64,000 nt of DNA from contig CM000429.1 of the NCBI GenBank assembly GCA_000165345.1, forward strand, positions 448,001-512,000, in the 5' to 3' direction. The translations under genes were made by a program, and so were the position numbers. This document shows positions 59,293 through 64,000 of this stretch, in pieces. The notes under the pieces are model-generated. The model saw nothing but the letters and a program-made list of their open reading frames with translations. It searched no databases and was not told the origin of the DNA. Each line of letters starts with the position of its first letter. Positions within the stretch are counted from its first letter, which is position 1.

Positions 59293-59616
59293 CTAGACTT
59301 GAGCCTTAAACCTTTGAGAATTTGGATTAGCTCTTATCTTTCTGTCTGTTACACTTCTAACGCGAACAGTTCTCGAGTGAATAGCGCATGAAACGCAGTA
59401 ACACATCTTGTTGTACAACTTTGGGAGTGCATATGTTGAGTAAACTGATGCATCGCGGATATCCCTCTGTGATGAAGCATCGACAATATTCCTTACAACA
59501 AAACGCTTGATTGCTTTATCCTTTGATACGCACCTTCCGCAATTGCTGCATCTTATCGCTACTACATGGCCACGACCCTTCTTAGAACGACCATTATTTC
59601 GACGCTTGCTCGGCAT
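59293..59616 (-). CDS. RPS26: 40S ribosomal protein S26 (eS26)
   Basis: From the first ATG (59616): [89 protein letters not shown]. This is the canonical eS26 sequence pattern ([39 protein letters not shown]...[23 protein letters not shown]). Confidence 0.9.
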   Translation of the reverse strand: MPSKRRNNGRSKKGRGHVVAIRCSNCGRCVSKDKAIKRFVVRNIVDASSQRDIRDASVYSTYALPKLYNKMCYCVSCAIHSRTVRVRSVTDRKIRANPNSQRFKAQV

Positions 59617-59886
59617 TGTCAACAAATTAACAATTAAAAAAACAGTTACTCAAAGTCAATTAGAAAAGATTCAAGACAATCTAAAATACTCGAAAGTCTA
59701 AAAAATCCCTTTAAGTTTTACAGTGAACTTCTTCAAAATTTAACTAAATTTCACGTCTCCAATGAATATATTTATTAGACAAATTCAGTTAAATGAAATA
59801 ATATAATCCGTCTCTAGCGCCTAAACTATTCCATTAACGCGCCTTGAAACGTTGGTACCGAACTTTATTTTGAAGGTTATTTCTGC

Positions 59887-60444
59887 TCATATAATGTGTG
59901 CGAGTTTAAATAAAACTATTTTTTCAAACTCACTGAACCTATCAATTATTTTATCTACGCGTGCGTGATTCAGTGCCCATCTCAAATTTCGTTTGTTTTT
60001 CTTGTATTCCTTGACAACTTTTGCTTCAAAATAGTCTTTGAATGCATTAACTAAGTGTATTGATTCTCTACGAAGCGACTCTAGATCCATTCTATCGCGT
60101 TTTTCCTTCTTCAACAGTCCATCTGTTTTGGAGGTATTCACAGTTAATGAACGATTGGAGTAAGAGTCTTGCCTACCTTTTTGTTGAAGTGTATTACTGT
60201 CATTCAATGACCAATACGCCTTCTCGAATCGTCTTCTCTCTATTTCATTGCACAAAAGCACATAAGAATCTCTCAACTTTGTGAAACTTTCATGAGCTGA
60301 TTTCTCGTGTTTCCCCCTATTCTTGTCCGGATGAACTTTCTTTGCCAAGCTACGGAAAGATGACTTAATTTCTTTGGTACTGGCCCCAACTTCTAACCCA
60401 AGGAGCTTAAATGCTGTTTGAAACCTATAAAATACACTATCCAT
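59887..60444 (-). CDS. DnaJ (J-domain) protein
   Basis: 185 aa. N-terminal J-domain FYRFQTAFKLLGLEVGASTKEIKSSFRSLAKKVHPDKNRGKHEKSAHESFTKLRDSYVLL, with the HPD tripeptide present. Confidence 0.65.
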   Translation of the reverse strand: MDSVFYRFQTAFKLLGLEVGASTKEIKSSFRSLAKKVHPDKNRGKHEKSAHESFTKLRDSYVLLCNEIERRRFEKAYWSLNDSNTLQQKGRQDSYSNRSLTVNTSKTDGLLKKEKRDRMDLESLRRESIHLVNAFKDYFEAKVVKEYKKNKRNLRWALNHARVDKIIDRFSEFEKIVLFKLAHII

Positions 60445-60852
60445 AACTTATTTTGAAAATTCAACGCATTTAATTCTTAATTTGTTAATAAAATAATTAC
60501 ATCGAATTAATTCATCTTAACTAAATATACAAGCCGCTAGTTGAAATTTTTTCAACACAAATATTTACTACTAAATTAATTAGAAAAAATAACAAATCAA
60601 ACATTTCAACTTCATTTATTTACTGTTTATATTAGCTATAACTATTATTTGAACCTAACTGTTATCTAAATTAACTTCTTCAGTTTCAGGACAAAAATTA
60701 TTCCTTTATTCACACAGTAATGTCTCTATTTAAAAAAAAATATATATATATATTGTGTGAGATTGATTTAGTGGATTTTAACAATGAAAGTAAAACCTTA
60801 ATACGTGTATTCTCAAAAAATAATTAAATATTCTTTCAATAATAAATATACA

Positions 60853-62844
60853 ATGGCTCTGCAAGATACAGCTTCAACTGCGGGGATACTAGCAGAGTTG
60901 AATAATAGATTAACCTCATATGAGAGCACAATACGTGAATTAAGGTCAAAAAATAGGGATTTCGTGAATAGGTTAAGAGACAACCAACAAATTAGAAAAG
61001 ATTTATGTATCAAAGTTAATAGTTTGCAAAATGACCTGGAAAAAAGAGATAAAGAATTGAAAGCGCAAAAGGAACAAAATAAACAACTTAAAAAAAGAGT
61101 TGCAAATTTAAACGAGTTAAATTCCAATTATCAAAATAAAATTGAGCAACTCAAATCTGTTTGTGAAAAATTACGCAATAATGCAAAAAATACTGAATTA
61201 AATTTCTCTGAGGATCTAAACTCATTAAATACCGAAAATACAAATATATCATCAATTAATAATATCAATGAAAAAAGATTATTCAAAAATACGAATGACA
61301 ATAACAATATCAATTGTAAAAGTACAGAAAATTGCAGCAAAAATGCCTCATCAAGTTCAAGTGTATTAAATGAAACTACTAATATTAATCTTCAATCAGC
61401 ATTGCAATCAAACCAAAATAAGTCGCTCTTAGTTAAGAAAGGCGACTTGAAGTTCTCAGTTGAAGAAATAAATGATTTGAATATGAAATATATTCCTGTT
61501 CCTGATGATCCAATAGACAGAGCAATTGCAACCTTTACAAATAGCAGGGAAAACAAAATTCTTTTTACTAGGGTTAAACAAGGCACATATGTTTATGGAA
61601 GGCTAATGGTTGAGGCAAAACTTGTAACAAAGCCAGGAGTTGACAAAAACAAACCTTTGCTACGTATTGTATCTAGAGGGAAGCTTTATACTCTTGCAGA
61701 TTTTGTAAATACACACGAAAACGAAGAACTTAATAATATCGAGGATAGTATACGAAATCAAAATGGTAATTTAGTATCAGATGGCCAAGCGTTAGTGGTA
61801 GCTTCTCCCCTTAATAAATTTAGAACAACTCAAGTTTTAACTCCATCTTCACCAATAAAGATTACAGCTTCACCTTTGCAACAAAATTCTGCAAATTCGG
61901 TGGCATCAGCTACGAGCATTCAGCATTACATGCAAAGCCCACTATCATATACTTCTAATAGGATTCCCATCATTGACCCAAAACATAATCAAGGAGTTAA
62001 TTTACAAAACTACATGGTTAATTATCCCAATAATACCCATGAGATGATGTTGTCAGCGCAAAATGCAAACTCAATTGTTACGCCAACATATTATAATAAT
62101 ATAAATGGTATGCATCAGCTTAGTCCTATCAATCATAAAAACGCATCGTTTATGCAATTACAATCTATTGTTCCACAACAACAGTTTCCTTACTACCACC
62201 ATTTAACTGAAAGTTCAAATTTAAATAATCAATTTAACCAAAATTTAAGTTATCATTCAAAATCAAATGTTCCAGTACTTGCACCTCCGCCTGTTGCAGA
62301 ATATATGCCCGTAACAACACCTATTATTATGGCAAGGCAACCGATAAATGCATTAAACTACTCAAATAATACTTCTGGTATTCAACAAATTCCAACTCAA
62401 AATAACTCACAAATAGGAACTAAGTCTAATGAAACCAAACCTCTATCAATAAGTAATAAATTAGAGTGTAATATTCAACAAGAAGAAACAGAAGTAAAGG
62501 ATTTAAATAATTCATTGTCGCTTTATTCAATTTCAAACACGAACCAACAGCAATATCAGCCATTAGAAAGTACTAATATTCAAAACACAAATGTAGTACA
62601 TTCAAATAAGAATGAAACAAGTTCAACAAAAGATATTGGTAATTATTCACACCTTGAAGATGATTTAACTTTAAATAAAAATAACTCATTAACTCAAAAA
62701 AGTCCCATTAAACAGACATCATCTCCAATAAAATCAGTAAGTGCTTCCACTATTGGAGAATGGTATAGGCAGGCTAATATTATGAAAAGATGTAATAGTT
62801 ATAGTTGTGAAAATTTTTCTGTTACATCTAATAAGAATGCTTAG
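60853..62844 (+). CDS. Hypothetical coiled-coil, N/S/Q-rich low-complexity protein with a possible GAR/Gas2-like microtubule-binding motif
   Basis: First ATG at 60853 (the track start at 60805 is a GTG). N-terminal coiled coil (..LTSYESTIRELRSKNRDFVNRLRDNQQIRKDL..ELKAQKEQNKQLKKRVANLNELNSNYQNKIEQLKS..). The mid-region ..ILFTRVKQGTYVYGRLMVEAKLV...LLRIVSRGKLYTLADFV has GAR-like spacing, a weak inference. Confidence 0.4.
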   Translation: MALQDTASTAGILAELNNRLTSYESTIRELRSKNRDFVNRLRDNQQIRKDLCIKVNSLQNDLEKRDKELKAQKEQNKQLKKRVANLNELNSNYQNKIEQLKSVCEKLRNNAKNTELNFSEDLNSLNTENTNISSINNINEKRLFKNTNDNNNINCKSTENCSKNASSSSSVLNETTNINLQSALQSNQNKSLLVKKGDLKFSVEEINDLNMKYIPVPDDPIDRAIATFTNSRENKILFTRVKQGTYVYGRLMVEAKLVTKPGVDKNKPLLRIVSRGKLYTLADFVNTHENEELNNIEDSIRNQNGNLVSDGQALVVASPLNKFRTTQVLTPSSPIKITASPLQQNSANSVASATSIQHYMQSPLSYTSNRIPIIDPKHNQGVNLQNYMVNYPNNTHEMMLSAQNANSIVTPTYYNNINGMHQLSPINHKNASFMQLQSIVPQQQFPYYHHLTESSNLNNQFNQNLSYHSKSNVPVLAPPPVAEYMPVTTPIIMARQPINALNYSNNTSGIQQIPTQNNSQIGTKSNETKPLSISNKLECNIQQEETEVKDLNNSLSLYSISNTNQQQYQPLESTNIQNTNVVHSNKNETSSTKDIGNYSHLEDDLTLNKNNSLTQKSPIKQTSSPIKSVSASTIGEWYRQANIMKRCNSYSCENFSVTSNKNA

Positions 62845-62988
62845 TGATATTTAGATTTTTTGTGTGATAAATTTAAAAATTCTGGGGAAATATCGATAAT
62901 AAGTATTTTATGATTAGCGTTAAAATTTGTGTGTAATTCGAGTGCTAAATTAATTGTATATCGTTTGCACTAGTCAAATTATAAATAG

Positions 62989-63335
62989 ATGTCGCACTTA
63001 ATTATAACATATTTCGAGAACCTAAATCCATCGCTTTGTAATGTAAGTTTTACAAAAAATTGATAACTAAAACTATCTTCTTCCAGATAAAATATCTATG
63101 TGATAATATTGTTCAAGGAAACTTGGATTGCGGAAACAAATCATTCGAAAGTATTAATTTTAGAGCAAAAAAAGGAATAAGTTCATTTAAAGGTTTAATG
63201 ACAAATAAAATTAACGAGAATTTTTTACAAGTGAAAGATTCAGAAAAGAAGAGTGAAAATATTGAACTACTAAGTGAAATGCTAAATGCAGCAAATAAAG
63301 CGAAACAAATAGTAAATTCTCTTAGAAAATCTTGA
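62989..63335 (+). CDS. Small hypothetical protein (~100 aa). Two exons: 62989..63042 and 63087..63335, with a 44-nt intron at 63043..63086.
   Basis: ATG immediately follows an in-frame TAG. Exon 1 reads MSHLIITYFENLNPSLCN|GTAAGT. The intron ends CTTCTTCCAG, and exon 2 continues in the ORF-track frame (IKYLCDNIVQGNLDCGNKSF...KQIVNSLRKS*). The C-terminal half is helical and Lys/Glu-rich. Confidence 0.45.
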
Positions 63336-64000
63336 ATTAAGTTTAAAATTCTAGGATGAATTAGAAATTCAAACAAAAATTTTGTGGTTTATATATAAAG
63401 GAAAGGGTTTTAGTATAAAACTAGAACTACCTTTTACTTTCTGTAGTTTATCTCCTTTATTCAGGTTATATTAAAATTTTTGCATGTTTAATTGCATTAT
63501 TTGGCGCTAATGTAATTTTATTTGACACGAAACTTAGGTCTCTAAAAACTTAATTTAAATAACTCTCGATTTCATTCAATAGATGAACAATTATGCCCAA
63601 ATATTAACCAATTTATAATACAAACTTAGTGGAATAAGATGCCTTTATCAAACTACCATAATGAAAGTATTAAAAATATTTGGTTTGGAAATTATTCTCG
63701 AAAAAATGGGCCTAGTCTAATAAAAAAAATCAATATTAATAAAAACACAATTTCATTCATTAAAACGGTATCTCAATTATTAATTATTGATATAATTTTT
63801 ATTATATCTAATATCTATATTAACAGATACATGCTTTCTTTTAAAAGCATTTTTATGTTGGCAATTAATATTCCAATAATATATTTATCTTTGTTTATTT
63901 CACAAAGATTAAATATTTGTTCCTCTGAATTTGTATCGAATCTGGAAAAAAAATTAAATTTTAATACGCTCGAGTCTGGGATTTCAAGTAACAAATTATT

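Noticed and set aside
59507-59701. 64-aa plus-strand ORF overlapping the RPS26 start
   Set aside because: It is antisense to and overlapping the highly conserved eS26 CDS. Spurious.

Overview
This is a gene-dense, AT-rich eukaryotic nuclear window, not prokaryotic, with about 38 protein-coding genes in 64 kb (one per ~1.7 kb). The basis: long ORFs with eukaryote-specific products (Rab2, Vps15, HECT E3, RbAp48, Utp14, LSm4, Rpb8, RPS26, CIAO1, ALG8, Thg1) and very short spliceosomal introns of 40-69 nt with GTAAGT/GTGAGT donors and (T)nAG acceptors. Intergenic spacers are often under 150 bp, and convergent 3' ends are as close as 18-35 bp. Composition, low-complexity N/S-rich proteins, many single-exon large genes and a few short-intron genes suggest a compact protist or fungus-like genome. 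A Cryptosporidium-like apicomplexan fits but cannot be proven from sequence alone. I found no tRNA or rRNA genes, CRISPR arrays, transposons or long repeats. The supplied ORF track misses at least six multi-exon genes (Rab2, ALG8, Thg1, RbAp48-like, a WD40 gene, a small two-exon gene). It also starts several ORFs on TTG/GTG codons, which inflates N-termini. Most interesting biology: (i) a tandem pair of diverged paralogs encoding an unusual GYF-BTB/BACK-conserved C-terminal domain architecture; (ii) a Kef-type CPA2 cation/H+ antiporter fused to an N-terminal secreted IPT/TIG-repeat ectodomain; (iii) a GlnRS lacking the eukaryotic N-terminal domain. Several further candidate elements are listed as findings. 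All product calls rest on motif-level recognition by eye and need BLAST/HMM confirmation.
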